NCBI GenBank assembly: GCA_027923505.1
Contig: BROI01000035.1
Coordinates: forward strand, 1-64,000
DNA: 64,000 nucleotides
DNA from: Mayamaea pseudoterrestris
Taxonomy: Eukaryota
Direction of reading: 5' to 3'
Of the stretch, positions 1 through 9,233 are shown piece by piece. A model generated the notes under the pieces. That model did not search any database, had not been told where the DNA came from, and saw only the letters and a list, made by a program, of their open reading frames with translations. The position numbers were made by a program, and so were the translations under genes. Position 1 is the stretch's first letter; each line of letters begins with the position of its first letter.

Positions 1-433
1 TCAGGCCCTGCCAGTGTCCGTTTGTTTCGGTTGATCCTCATGGCTGGATATCTGTTAATATCCAGTATCTGTGAATACTCAAGTTACTTAAGCTACAGAA
101 GCAAGCCGACGTTACAAACACGTCGGCAACGGTCCCCTTAAAGTAGCGGTAACAACTAAATCAAATCATTCTATTGCAAAGTACACGCAATCGTCTCGTT
201 CCCCTCTTCTTACCAAGCTAGTAGACTGATCATCTCCTACTTGACCAAGTCCTCAAGGTAACTCGACACAAGTTGCATTGATACGTCGCAGTGGTAATTT
301 CAGTTGATCGCTTGCCACACGTGACGTCCATCAAAAATGGCGTGCGATTCGAGCAATTGACAATTATTGCGTCTCACTCACAGCCAGTCCAGTAACTGAG
401 CATAAACACAGTATTTACACAATTTAAGATAGC

Positions 434-955
434 ATGGTGTTTTATGAGTGTGTCGTGACGACGAAAAACACCGCTCGTAAGTTGTTGGCGAGGATGCCGG
501 ATGTGACTCTGTGACACAAACAACTCATGGCGGAATGTCGAATTATCTCACGCGCTTCTATCCTACATGACTCAGACTTTTATTCTTTAACAAACTTGAT
601 GAAGAAGGTTTGTCATGAGATTGTTGGTGGCAATGGCATAGTTCGCTCTATTCAAAATCAAGGCATTCGCGATTTACCTCACCGCTTCCAGGCGCGGTAT
701 GCCGACAAGCAGGGCAATCGTTACTACGAAAAGGGCCGCTTTGTGTCGATTTACTATGACTCCAATCCAGCCACGATGCGGCAAGTCGAGCAAATTTTGA
801 CCTTGAATGAGGACGTTCTCCGGCATACGCATCTCAAAACGCGATCGATTTTAGATTTTGTCAACACGGAGCAAGAGCATAAAAATCTATACATCAAGCA
901 GGTTTTGATGGAAGATCGGCAGCAACGACAAGAGCAGCTGTCAAAAGATGTTTAA
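434..955 (+). CDS. Organellar (probably mitochondrial) ribosomal protein bS6; exons 434-476, 576-955
   Basis: ATG 434 gives MVFYECVVTTKNTA. A GT-AG intron (477-575) restores the frame into ...GGNGIVRSIQNQGIRDLPHRF...GRFVSIYYDSNP...LNEDVLRH, an S6 signature. Confidence 0.8.
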
Positions 956-1175
956 TGATCTTGTTGGACGACGTTAATTCGTTTGATTATGCTGATAAAG
1001 TGATTATGAAGTATCGTGCCCCTTTTCCAACTTGACGCGCCCGGCGTTCTAGACTTTAAATAGAGTATCGCTGCCTAGAATGTAGCCTCTATGTTCGCAA
1101 AATAGGCATACTGTTATTGACTTGACTTACGTTGCTTTACGATGACACGAAGCGCAACTTCCTCGTCTGCATGCA

Positions 1176-2201
1176 TCAATGCGACTTTACCGGTGTCCTC
1201 CACGACAGTTTGGTAGTCATCCACACCAGCCCACACAATGCGCTCAGTATAAGACATCTCGTTGATTCACCTGACCAATACTCATCACTGCCGAAGGCGG
1301 TACGAGCTTCCTGTTGGTTGCCAAGTAAAAGGAAGCATCCACTGTCAATTGCATACACGAATGCCAATAGAAGCGCTGTCGTCGCTTGCTGTGATCGCTG
1401 ATGCTCGTACCATGCGAAGAAGTACAAGGAGATTTCTGTGAATCGATCAATGAGCAAAAACGACGTCATAGTCAACGCTGGCGTCGCCAACCCCGCCTTG
1501 ATGTTGTCGCCATTTGCCAGCAAGTCGCTGCAAGTCGTCATGATGGCTTGCCCTTTGACAAATATCAGTACCATCAATACCAAACTTGGCAGTCGTGATC
1601 CTTGAGTTATCTTGCTACTGCGTCGACCATGTAGAAACGGCACGTAGAGATACTCCGTTGGTGCCGCCAGGAGCATCAATAAAGTGACAATCATAACGTT
1701 GGACGTTTTCGTGGCTGGCGCGAGCGCATGCAGAAAGCTCAGAGCCGAAACAATCAGTAGAAGAGGCGCCACGACGAAAAGTGAATTTAATCGAAGTAAT
1801 TGTTGAGGTGACGACCAGATAGGAAGAATGATTGCAACAGCCACAGCCAATACGACGAGCGCCGAATGGTATTTGAGAGAAAGAAGCGACTGGACGGATA
1901 CATCGCGACAGGCTTCTTCTCCCAAGTGCGCAACACAACCATCATACTGGGCTATGTCCTCACTATCATTCGTTAATCCACTTCGAGCGCCTCCTATTTG
2001 GAGGATCCGTGAGACGGTAAAGGCCAGAAGAATGAGCGTGTTGAGCTGGCCCTTGGTGAGAATTGGAGAAACATTTGACGTTGCAGTCAAAGCCGATCGG
2101 TACTGAATGCTTTCTTCTGACTTGGAAGAAGTACCGGAATTGTCAGCTACAGCCGCAGACACAGCAGTCTTGGACGTCTTGCTTCGTTTGGCATTGCCCA
2201 T
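1176..2201 (-). CDS. Multi-pass membrane protein of unknown function
   Basis: 341-aa ATG ORF with several hydrophobic segments; no motif recognised. Confidence 0.6.
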   Translation of the reverse strand: MGNAKRSKTSKTAVSAAVADNSGTSSKSEESIQYRSALTATSNVSPILTKGQLNTLILLAFTVSRILQIGGARSGLTNDSEDIAQYDGCVAHLGEEACRDVSVQSLLSLKYHSALVVLAVAVAIILPIWSSPQQLLRLNSLFVVAPLLLIVSALSFLHALAPATKTSNVMIVTLLMLLAAPTEYLYVPFLHGRRSSKITQGSRLPSLVLMVLIFVKGQAIMTTCSDLLANGDNIKAGLATPALTMTSFLLIDRFTEISLYFFAWYEHQRSQQATTALLLAFVYAIDSGCFLLLGNQQEARTAFGSDEYWSGESTRCLILSALCGLVWMTTKLSWRTPVKSH

Positions 2202-2485
2202 GGTGTGATTTTGTTGTCATCATGGACGCGACGCAAAGGCCGGCAATTATTTCGAGTCGCATCGTTGTTGGCCGGCTGGCGCGCACTTGCGTAACGCAAC
2301 GGTTGCACTTGCCTCCACCGCAACTCGACCATGGCATCAAGCATCAAGTAGTTGCATCCGCCTTCGTTCAGCCAATGCATTGCTTGAATGAAACGCATAT
2401 ATTAAACGCTTCTTACTGTTAATTTTACGTATTCCGAGAATCAACAAAAAGTCAGCAACTGGATAATCACCATTACGTGGTGAAC

Positions 2486-5400
2486 ATGACGGCGACAAGC
2501 AACACCACGAGCGTGATGGCTATCGCTACAGCACCGGAGTGGATGCATCGGCTCATGGACTTTCGACAGCGACTCTTTCTTCGAACAGTCGAACCAATTA
2601 TTGTTTCCCTACTTGGTCCTGTCGAGGAGGAACATTTATACACAAACCACGAAGCCTACTTGTATTCAAGTCAAGCATCATATTCATATCTAGATGCATC
2701 CCATCGTCGCCTTTCCTTTACGATTCCAACCTACATGAAGAACGTAAAGGCTTACAATGAAACCTCCATGAGTTTCGCGACGCTCGCCATGCTCTTCGTC
2801 ACGTTATCCTGCGTCTTTTTGATTTTTCTTTCCTGCTTTTACCACAATCAAAAGACGTCGCCATTATTCATTTCACCACGTCGGCATCGATTACCAAAGC
2901 TAGTGCCGCCGCCATTGCCGGTCGACGGCTATTTCAGCTGGGTCAAGATTTGCTTGTTTATCAGTGACGAGGAAATTATTCAACGAATTGGATATGATGC
3001 GCTCATCTTTTTACGCTTTCATCGACTCGCCTTGAGATGCATTGTCAAGATGAGCGTCTTCTCCTGCATTGTGTTGCTTCCACTCAACTTTACGGGCGGC
3101 GAGCACGATAATGCACAAGGTCTCAAGGAATATGTTGGGGCTTTGTTTTTCACCGACTTTTTGCGCTTTACCATGGCCAATATCAAACGGAGCTCGCCGA
3201 GACTATGGGTGCACTGCTTTGCCGCCTACTTGCTCACCGCCATTGTTTGTTACGAGCTTGTCAAGGAGTATGAACTGTTCAACAGCATAAGACATCGCTA
3301 CTTGCTGTCAAGAGAACCGCATTTACGAACAGTCTTGGTGACAAATATTCCAAGGCATTTACGTTCGGCAAGCAAACTGAGCAGCTACTTCCGCCACGTC
3401 TATACAAATGCTGTCAAGGATGTTTTTGTTTGTCAAAACTGTTTGTTACTGGAAGAATATATTGCGAGAAGAACAGTTGTTTTGTCACGAATGGAAAAGG
3501 AACTGCTGGTTCTTTGTCGGACAGAGAAGAAGAAGCTATACCAGCAGCGATTTTGGAAGCAGCTTTTGTCGATTAAAACGAAAATGGAAGATTGCGGCGT
3601 CATGGAGGCGTCGCAGGAACGAATGGCAAAGTCTTACGCCGAGCTTGAAGTCTTAAATGAGTGCGTCGAGCAGGAGCAACGACGGAGACGGAGGGTTATG
3701 AAAATGCTTGATCGTATTGAGGCTGGCGAGGGCGCGGACGATATTGACTACGTGTTGGCCTCGCCTTTTGTCATGGACAGTGATCCCATGCAGCGGAGAA
3801 TTCTTGGCTTGGAGCCATCGCAAAATGAGTATGCACCACCAAAGGCCGGGACTGAAGCGAGTCAGCTGGAGTCCTTACCGGAATGCAACGAAGAGGAAGT
3901 GTCTGGCGACCGCCTCTCAACTGACATTCCTCATTGGCGTCTTGAAGAAACACAGCTTCGGTCGAGAAGCCCCGCACAGCCTAAAGTGGCGACGCAAAGC
4001 ACGATACAAGGGGATGGCCTTATGCGAGGTGGTACTTATAATGGCAGCCATAGGCGCCGGCTAAAACCGTTCGCCAAGGCGCGACATGTCCTTCGAAACT
4101 ATGCTCGTCTCAATCCAGAAAATTCGTTTTTACGTCGGCCGCTGCAGCAACCAGCAACGGATGCCAACGGGGATCGCATTGAGGAGCACATTAATGAAGT
4201 CACTGATAAGGCATTTGTCGTCATGCGTACATTTACGGCAGCTACAATTGCGATTCAGTCGATGCACTCGTCGAAACCCGGCGCCATGCAGGTGGCGACT
4301 GCACCTGAACCAAGAGACGTTTTGTGGAAAAACATTTACATATCAAAGGGTGCTCACCGGACCAGAACGATTTTGGGAGAAACGTTAGTTTTGCTCTTGA
4401 TTGGTCTGTACATGTTCCCAGTCGGATTGGTGTGCTTTCTGCTCAGCGAAAATGCTCTAATTGCTTCTTCTCCGAGACTAGCTCAACTTGACCAAGCTTC
4501 GGCCTTCTTCTCGGCTATTATCGCGCTGATCCAGCCACTGTGCATTGTCGGATTACAACAATTATTGCCTCCGCTCTTTATGATGATTGGCACAGCGGAA
4601 GGAATGCTTTCTTTCAGTGAGGTTCAGATGCGAGCCTTTTCACGGTACTTTATGTTTCAAGTGGTCAATGTGTTTCTTGCGACGACGATTTATGGCTCCA
4701 TGTTTGATACGATTGCGATCATCATTGAGAGTCCTGAAATGGCTTTTGAAATGCTCGGCAATTCACTTCCTCGCATGTCATCATTTTTCATTTCATTTGT
4801 TACTGTAAAGACGTTTCTCGCGCTAGGCTTTGAGCTGGTGAGGACAATGTCGCTGTTCCAAGCAACGATGAGGTACATAATGGTTCCCAACCCGACGCTT
4901 CGTCAGCTTAGAACTGTTTTTCTGGGCATGCGAGCCATCGACGATCCTGGATGGTTTCCCTTTCATAAGATTCTGGCCCAAGACATGCTGGTGGTAGTGA
5001 TCAGTGTCGTCTTTGCGGTTGTGGCTCCGCTCGTCTTGTTTCCATGCGCTTTGTTTTGCTTCTTTTCACGCATCATGTGGACGCACCATCATTTGTATGT
5101 ATACGAAGGCGTTTTCGAATCGGGTGGCCAATTTTGGCCCAAGATCTTCCGTCGCTTTGTTTTTGGCTTAGTGATCGCGCAGATGACTATTACCGGCCAA
5201 TTCATTTTGAAGGGAGCGCGCCACGAAGCCTACGCGACGATTGCCCTCATGTTTCTTACGTATTTCTTTTTGCGATCAACCCGAGCGCGGTATGACCCAA
5301 CGAGTTCCACGCTGCCTTTGGAGGTGGCTACCATTATGGATATTGCCTTGCAGGAGGAGGAGCAAGAGGCTGCACGCCGTGGACAATCTATTCACGACCC

Positions 5401-5869
5401 TGGTTCTCGCATTGGGGAGTTTGATCCGTTCCATAAAGCTTACCTGCAGCCTGCCCTACGAGCCAACCCAAGGGCAAGACCGGAGCAACCCTTTCCAGCA
5501 GCGCAACTGGGACGGGAGGATGGAGTTGGTATTCTTCCACGCGACGAGGCGATACGGAGAGTGGATCAGGAGAGTACAACTGATGACGATGATGGCGGTT
5601 GGCAGGATGCCAGTGCAACGGTCCATTTGAAGGGTTTGAACCAGCAGGATCGTCGGTTGATCAATCGTTGGTGGCAGGATCAGCTTCAGTGCGCTGGTCC
5701 GCAGGATCTGTTGTCTGTTTTGACGGGTGAGCGGTGCGGAACGTTGAAGATTCGTGGCGCGCATGATGTGGGCGCTTACAATAACACGACGAATGAGTAT
5801 GAATTCGGACGCGGCGACAGCCTGGACGGGTTGAGCGATTCAGTGACGGGAACGACGGGGTTGGTCTAG
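2486..5869 (+). CDS. OSCA/CSC1/TMEM63 (ERD4-like) Ca2+-permeable stress-gated channel
   Basis: About 1127 aa, intronless. Motifs IGYDALIFLRF, TMANI..S.RLWVH, RTVLVTNIP, KAFVVM, APEPRDVLWKNI, FESGGQFWP. Exact start uncertain (first ATG 2486). Confidence 0.9.
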   Translation: MTATSNTTSVMAIATAPEWMHRLMDFRQRLFLRTVEPIIVSLLGPVEEEHLYTNHEAYLYSSQASYSYLDASHRRLSFTIPTYMKNVKAYNETSMSFATLAMLFVTLSCVFLIFLSCFYHNQKTSPLFISPRRHRLPKLVPPPLPVDGYFSWVKICLFISDEEIIQRIGYDALIFLRFHRLALRCIVKMSVFSCIVLLPLNFTGGEHDNAQGLKEYVGALFFTDFLRFTMANIKRSSPRLWVHCFAAYLLTAIVCYELVKEYELFNSIRHRYLLSREPHLRTVLVTNIPRHLRSASKLSSYFRHVYTNAVKDVFVCQNCLLLEEYIARRTVVLSRMEKELLVLCRTEKKKLYQQRFWKQLLSIKTKMEDCGVMEASQERMAKSYAELEVLNECVEQEQRRRRRVMKMLDRIEAGEGADDIDYVLASPFVMDSDPMQRRILGLEPSQNEYAPPKAGTEASQLESLPECNEEEVSGDRLSTDIPHWRLEETQLRSRSPAQPKVATQSTIQGDGLMRGGTYNGSHRRRLKPFAKARHVLRNYARLNPENSFLRRPLQQPATDANGDRIEEHINEVTDKAFVVMRTFTAATIAIQSMHSSKPGAMQVATAPEPRDVLWKNIYISKGAHRTRTILGETLVLLLIGLYMFPVGLVCFLLSENALIASSPRLAQLDQASAFFSAIIALIQPLCIVGLQQLLPPLFMMIGTAEGMLSFSEVQMRAFSRYFMFQVVNVFLATTIYGSMFDTIAIIIESPEMAFEMLGNSLPRMSSFFISFVTVKTFLALGFELVRTMSLFQATMRYIMVPNPTLRQLRTVFLGMRAIDDPGWFPFHKILAQDMLVVVISVVFAVVAPLVLFPCALFCFFSRIMWTHHHLYVYEGVFESGGQFWPKIFRRFVFGLVIAQMTITGQFILKGARHEAYATIALMFLTYFFLRSTRARYDPTSSTLPLEVATIMDIALQEEEQEAARRGQSIHDPGSRIGEFDPFHKAYLQPALRANPRARPEQPFPAAQLGREDGVGILPRDEAIRRVDQESTTDDDDGGWQDASATVHLKGLNQQDRRLINRWWQDQLQCAGPQDLLSVLTGERCGTLKIRGAHDVGAYNNTTNEYEFGRGDSLDGLSDSVTGTTGLV

Positions 5870-6051
5870 TCGCATCAATTTTTAGATTGTACACAGATTG
5901 ATTAAGTATCGCTACCATTATTATCTATCAATGATATGTATAAACAGTTAAGACGTAACTTATATTTGCACATTTAAAAGGATAGCATATTAAGAGCGAA
6001 AACAACCGCATCAGATCATGTATGCATGCCTGCAGGACCACCAGGGCATGT

Positions 6052-7104
6052 TTAAAAAATGAGTAAGCAGAGAATGACAAAGGATCCAAGCATGAGCAAG
6101 AGTCGTGACAAGACATCAGTTTCGTCCAAGTCGTCCGCATGTGCATTGCTCCCAGTCCCTGCAGCGGCATTTCCAGCCGACTGCACCAACGTCGTCCGAA
6201 AGTTGCCATGTTGGTCCATTAACCGCTGCAGGGGTGGGACAAGTGGTTGTTGTCGCGCGTCGGAAGATGATGGCGCTGCAAGTGGATTCGACAGTAACAA
6301 TTGTTGCTGCTGCTGCTGAATCATGAGCGCCATGCCGCGCGTGAGGGAACCCAAGTACACAGAGGATGGCGATCGATTTGGGCTCTCGCGTTGATGAACT
6401 AGATAATGCTGTTGCTGGTGATGCACTGGCGTTCTGTGATGATTGGTGTTGCTTCCGTCGGAACGATTTCGTTGCGGCGAGTTTGCCATCGGTCGAGCTG
6501 GCACTGGAGCGCCGCTGTTACCGGGGTCGGAACCTTCAATTGCTAAATCACCCGCAGTAGAAACAAAGCGCCGTCGAATCGCCTGCGGCGGAGTCATTGG
6601 TGCGGTTGGTATTGATGTTTCTGCGAGGACTCCTTGTTCAAACAGATGACTGTGAACTCTGGTATTCACTGGAACTGGAACACTTTGAACGTCTTCAGTT
6701 TCATTTCGCACGTAGATTGGAACGAGACCAGTTACACAGCAATTCGCCTTGCAGACGGGGCATACTCGACGTGATTCCGTGCTTGCATTAGTCGAAATCC
6801 AAGTGTTCATATTGGTACTAGCAGTCAATCCCAAGCTGATGCGCTCGTCGTTGCGCATGCCAGGCTCGAGCCACCTATACATACATGGCCAGCAGTATAA
6901 ATGTCCGCACTGCGTCACGACGGGTTCTGAAACTGCTTCGAAGCAGATATTACAGCTAAAGCGCGAGTCTGCTGCCGTGGGCGAATCATTTGCAGTTGCG
7001 AGTAACGCCGGCTCCGTCATGGAAGGCTTGCGAGTTTCTGTAAAAGAATTTTCGTCGCTGCTTGATGGCATGGAAATAAAATCCGCAATTCTATACAGTA
7101 TCAA
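6052..7104 (-). CDS. C3HC4 RING E3 ubiquitin ligase, RNF5/RNF185/RMA1-like, with C-terminal TM anchor
   Basis: FSCNICFEAVSEPVVTQCGHLYCWPCMYRWL...CPVCK...VPIY, a P-RP motif, and a C-terminal LSRLLLMLGSFVILCLLIF anchor. The true start may be a downstream ATG. Confidence 0.85.
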   Translation of the reverse strand: MILYRIADFISMPSSSDENSFTETRKPSMTEPALLATANDSPTAADSRFSCNICFEAVSEPVVTQCGHLYCWPCMYRWLEPGMRNDERISLGLTASTNMNTWISTNASTESRRVCPVCKANCCVTGLVPIYVRNETEDVQSVPVPVNTRVHSHLFEQGVLAETSIPTAPMTPPQAIRRRFVSTAGDLAIEGSDPGNSGAPVPARPMANSPQRNRSDGSNTNHHRTPVHHQQQHYLVHQRESPNRSPSSVYLGSLTRGMALMIQQQQQQLLLSNPLAAPSSSDARQQPLVPPLQRLMDQHGNFRTTLVQSAGNAAAGTGSNAHADDLDETDVLSRLLLMLGSFVILCLLIF

Positions 7105-7240
7105 TCAATCAAATTCAAGACGCTGGAGAAGAAGCAGCCTATAAAGATGTATCAAATGATGTTGACAGTAGTGGAGGCGGCCTTGTTGTTTCGTCGTTCC
7201 AAGCGGACGTTTTCCGGGGTCTGTGTCGACCGCTTTGTAC

Positions 7241-7440
7241 TACGAAACGAGTGCCAGTGAAAACTGCGTTAAGAGGCAATAGTATGAAACGAGTGCCAGT
7301 GAAAACGGCGTCATGAGACACTTATACAAAACGAGTGCCAGTGAAAACAGCGTCACAAGGCAATTGTACGAAACGAGTGCCAGTGAAAACTGCGTCACAA
7401 GGCAATTGTACGAAACGAGTGCCAGTGAAAACTGCGTCAT
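7241..7440 (+). repeat. 42-bp tandem array (about 4.8 units) in the divergent RING-E3/thiolase promoter
   Basis: Units start at 7241, 7283, 7325, 7367 and 7409; consensus TACGAAACGAGTGCCAGTGAAAACTGCGTCACAAGGCAATTG. Confidence 0.95.
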
Positions 7441-7600
7441 GTATACATAAGCCTTGGTGTGCGAGTTCGACGGTTCATTTGCCAAGAAGTGCCCCTGGGC
7501 GGCGGAAGCCTTTTTCCTCTCTCCGACACCATCCATTCACAAGCATTTGCGACGCAGGTTGATTCGACTGCTGCTATAATTTAGATTCATTACAATAATA

Positions 7601-8977
7601 ATGCTTTCGTCACTTCGCCGCTCAGCTCTCTCGACCGCGAGAAGTCGGCAGCTTTCAATTCAAAGTGCTCGTGCATTTGCCACCGCTCACCCAGTCCACC
7701 CGTCCGACCCGGTCGTGATTGTAAGCGGCGTACGTCTCCCTTTTGCGCAAGTTTCCACTATTTATGAAAAGGAACTTGCAGTTGATCTCCAGCGCCTCGC
7801 CATTACAGGTTTGTTGACCCAGACGGCGCTGGACCCCAAGGAGATTGACTACGTCGTTTGCGGCAATGTCATTCAAGAGGTTCGCACCTCCAACTTGGCG
7901 CGCGAAGCCTCGCTCAATGCTGGACTTCCGTTGACGATTGGCGCGCATACCGTGGCGCAGGCTTGCATTAGTGCCAATGCGGCCATTGCCACGGGCGCTG
8001 AAAAGATTCTTTCGGGCCGCGCCAGTGTTGTCATTTGCGGAGGTGCCGAAACATTTTCGGATGTTCCGATTCGACTCAAGCGACCGATTCGACAAAAGCT
8101 TATTACCATGAACAAGGCCATGAAGAAGGGAGGAACACTTGGTGCAATTAGACATTTAATGAAGGGTCTTAAAATTAAAGATATCGGAATTGAGACGCCT
8201 GCCATTGCCAATTACACGACGGGGGAGGTCATGGGAGTTTCGTCGGATCGCTTGAGTGCCAAGTTTGGCGTTTCGAGAAAGGATCAGGATGAGTTCACTG
8301 TTCGATCGCATAATCTTGCAGCCAAGGCTCATGCTGATGGATTCTACGAGAATGAAGTCATTCCATACAATGGAACGACCAAGGAGAATGGCATCAAGGG
8401 AGACTCGACTTACGAAAGTGTCGCTAAACTCAAGCCTGCGTTTGTTAAGCCTCATGGAACGCACACGGCTGCGAATTCATCCTTCTTGACGGATGGTGCT
8501 GCCGCTACCTTGATCATGAGTGAAAGCAAGGCCAAGGAATTGGGATACCAGCCTCTCGCATACCTGCGCGATTGGTCGTTCAAAGCGTGCGATCCGTTTG
8601 AAGAGCTTTTGCTTGGGCCGACCTACTGCTCGCAAGAGATCTTAACGCGAAACAATCTGCAAATGACCGATGTTGGTGTCTTTGAGATTCACGAAGCCTT
8701 TGCTGGTCAAATTTTGAGCAACTTAGTGGCCATGAACTCGCAGGAGTTTGCCGACAAGACTTTTGGAGGCAAAAAGGTTGGTGCAGTTGACATGGACAAG
8801 ATGAACACCAAGGGAGGTAGTTTATCGATTGGACATCCCTTTGGAGCGACTGGATCGCGACTGGTTACAACTGCCTCGCGTCGCTTGCAGCAAGAGCAGG
8901 AACGATTTGCGCTCTTGGCAGCTTGTGCGGATGGAGGCATGGGAACAGCCATGTTATTGGAGCGGTATGATAATTAA
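7601..8977 (+). CDS. HADHB: Mitochondrial 3-ketoacyl-CoA thiolase (trifunctional enzyme beta subunit/HADHB-FadI type)
   Basis: Arg/Ser-rich presequence; thiolase motifs AQACISAN, DGAAA, EIHEAFA, GHPFGATG, ACADGG. Confidence 0.9.
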   Translation: MLSSLRRSALSTARSRQLSIQSARAFATAHPVHPSDPVVIVSGVRLPFAQVSTIYEKELAVDLQRLAITGLLTQTALDPKEIDYVVCGNVIQEVRTSNLAREASLNAGLPLTIGAHTVAQACISANAAIATGAEKILSGRASVVICGGAETFSDVPIRLKRPIRQKLITMNKAMKKGGTLGAIRHLMKGLKIKDIGIETPAIANYTTGEVMGVSSDRLSAKFGVSRKDQDEFTVRSHNLAAKAHADGFYENEVIPYNGTTKENGIKGDSTYESVAKLKPAFVKPHGTHTAANSSFLTDGAAATLIMSESKAKELGYQPLAYLRDWSFKACDPFEELLLGPTYCSQEILTRNNLQMTDVGVFEIHEAFAGQILSNLVAMNSQEFADKTFGGKKVGAVDMDKMNTKGGSLSIGHPFGATGSRLVTTASRRLQQEQERFALLAACADGGMGTAMLLERYDN

Positions 8978-9233
8978 CTTAATCAAGTAGTTGGATGGTA
9001 GATTGCTATGTCATTTGTATCGAGCTTTTGCTTGTGCTTCCATTATTGGTTCGATACTAGCGGACGTTGTTTTCGCGAGCGTGACTCGCAGTGCCGCTAA
9101 GACACCAATGGCCGTGTTGGTTCGTCGATTGGCAAAAATGATCGAAGCGACACAATCATCGGCACGGCTCGCAAGGTACATCACATTGACTTCTGCTGCG
9201 AGAATAGGCTTACATCCGCTAAATTGTCCCGCT

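Noticed and set aside
7241..7440. CRISPR (or TIGR-like) array interpretation of the 42-bp arrays here and at 38631-38805
   Set aside because: The context is eukaryotic and no cas or Tas-like gene is present. The variable parts are only about 12 nt, are related to one another and are sometimes identical, so they are not acquired spacers.
7335..7562. Short ORFs with repeated peptides (MPVKTASQGNCTKRV..., and 38667-38894 RNECQCQLRH)
   Set aside because: By-products of a repeat whose 42-bp unit is divisible by three; they have non-ATG starts and the peptides differ between the two arrays.
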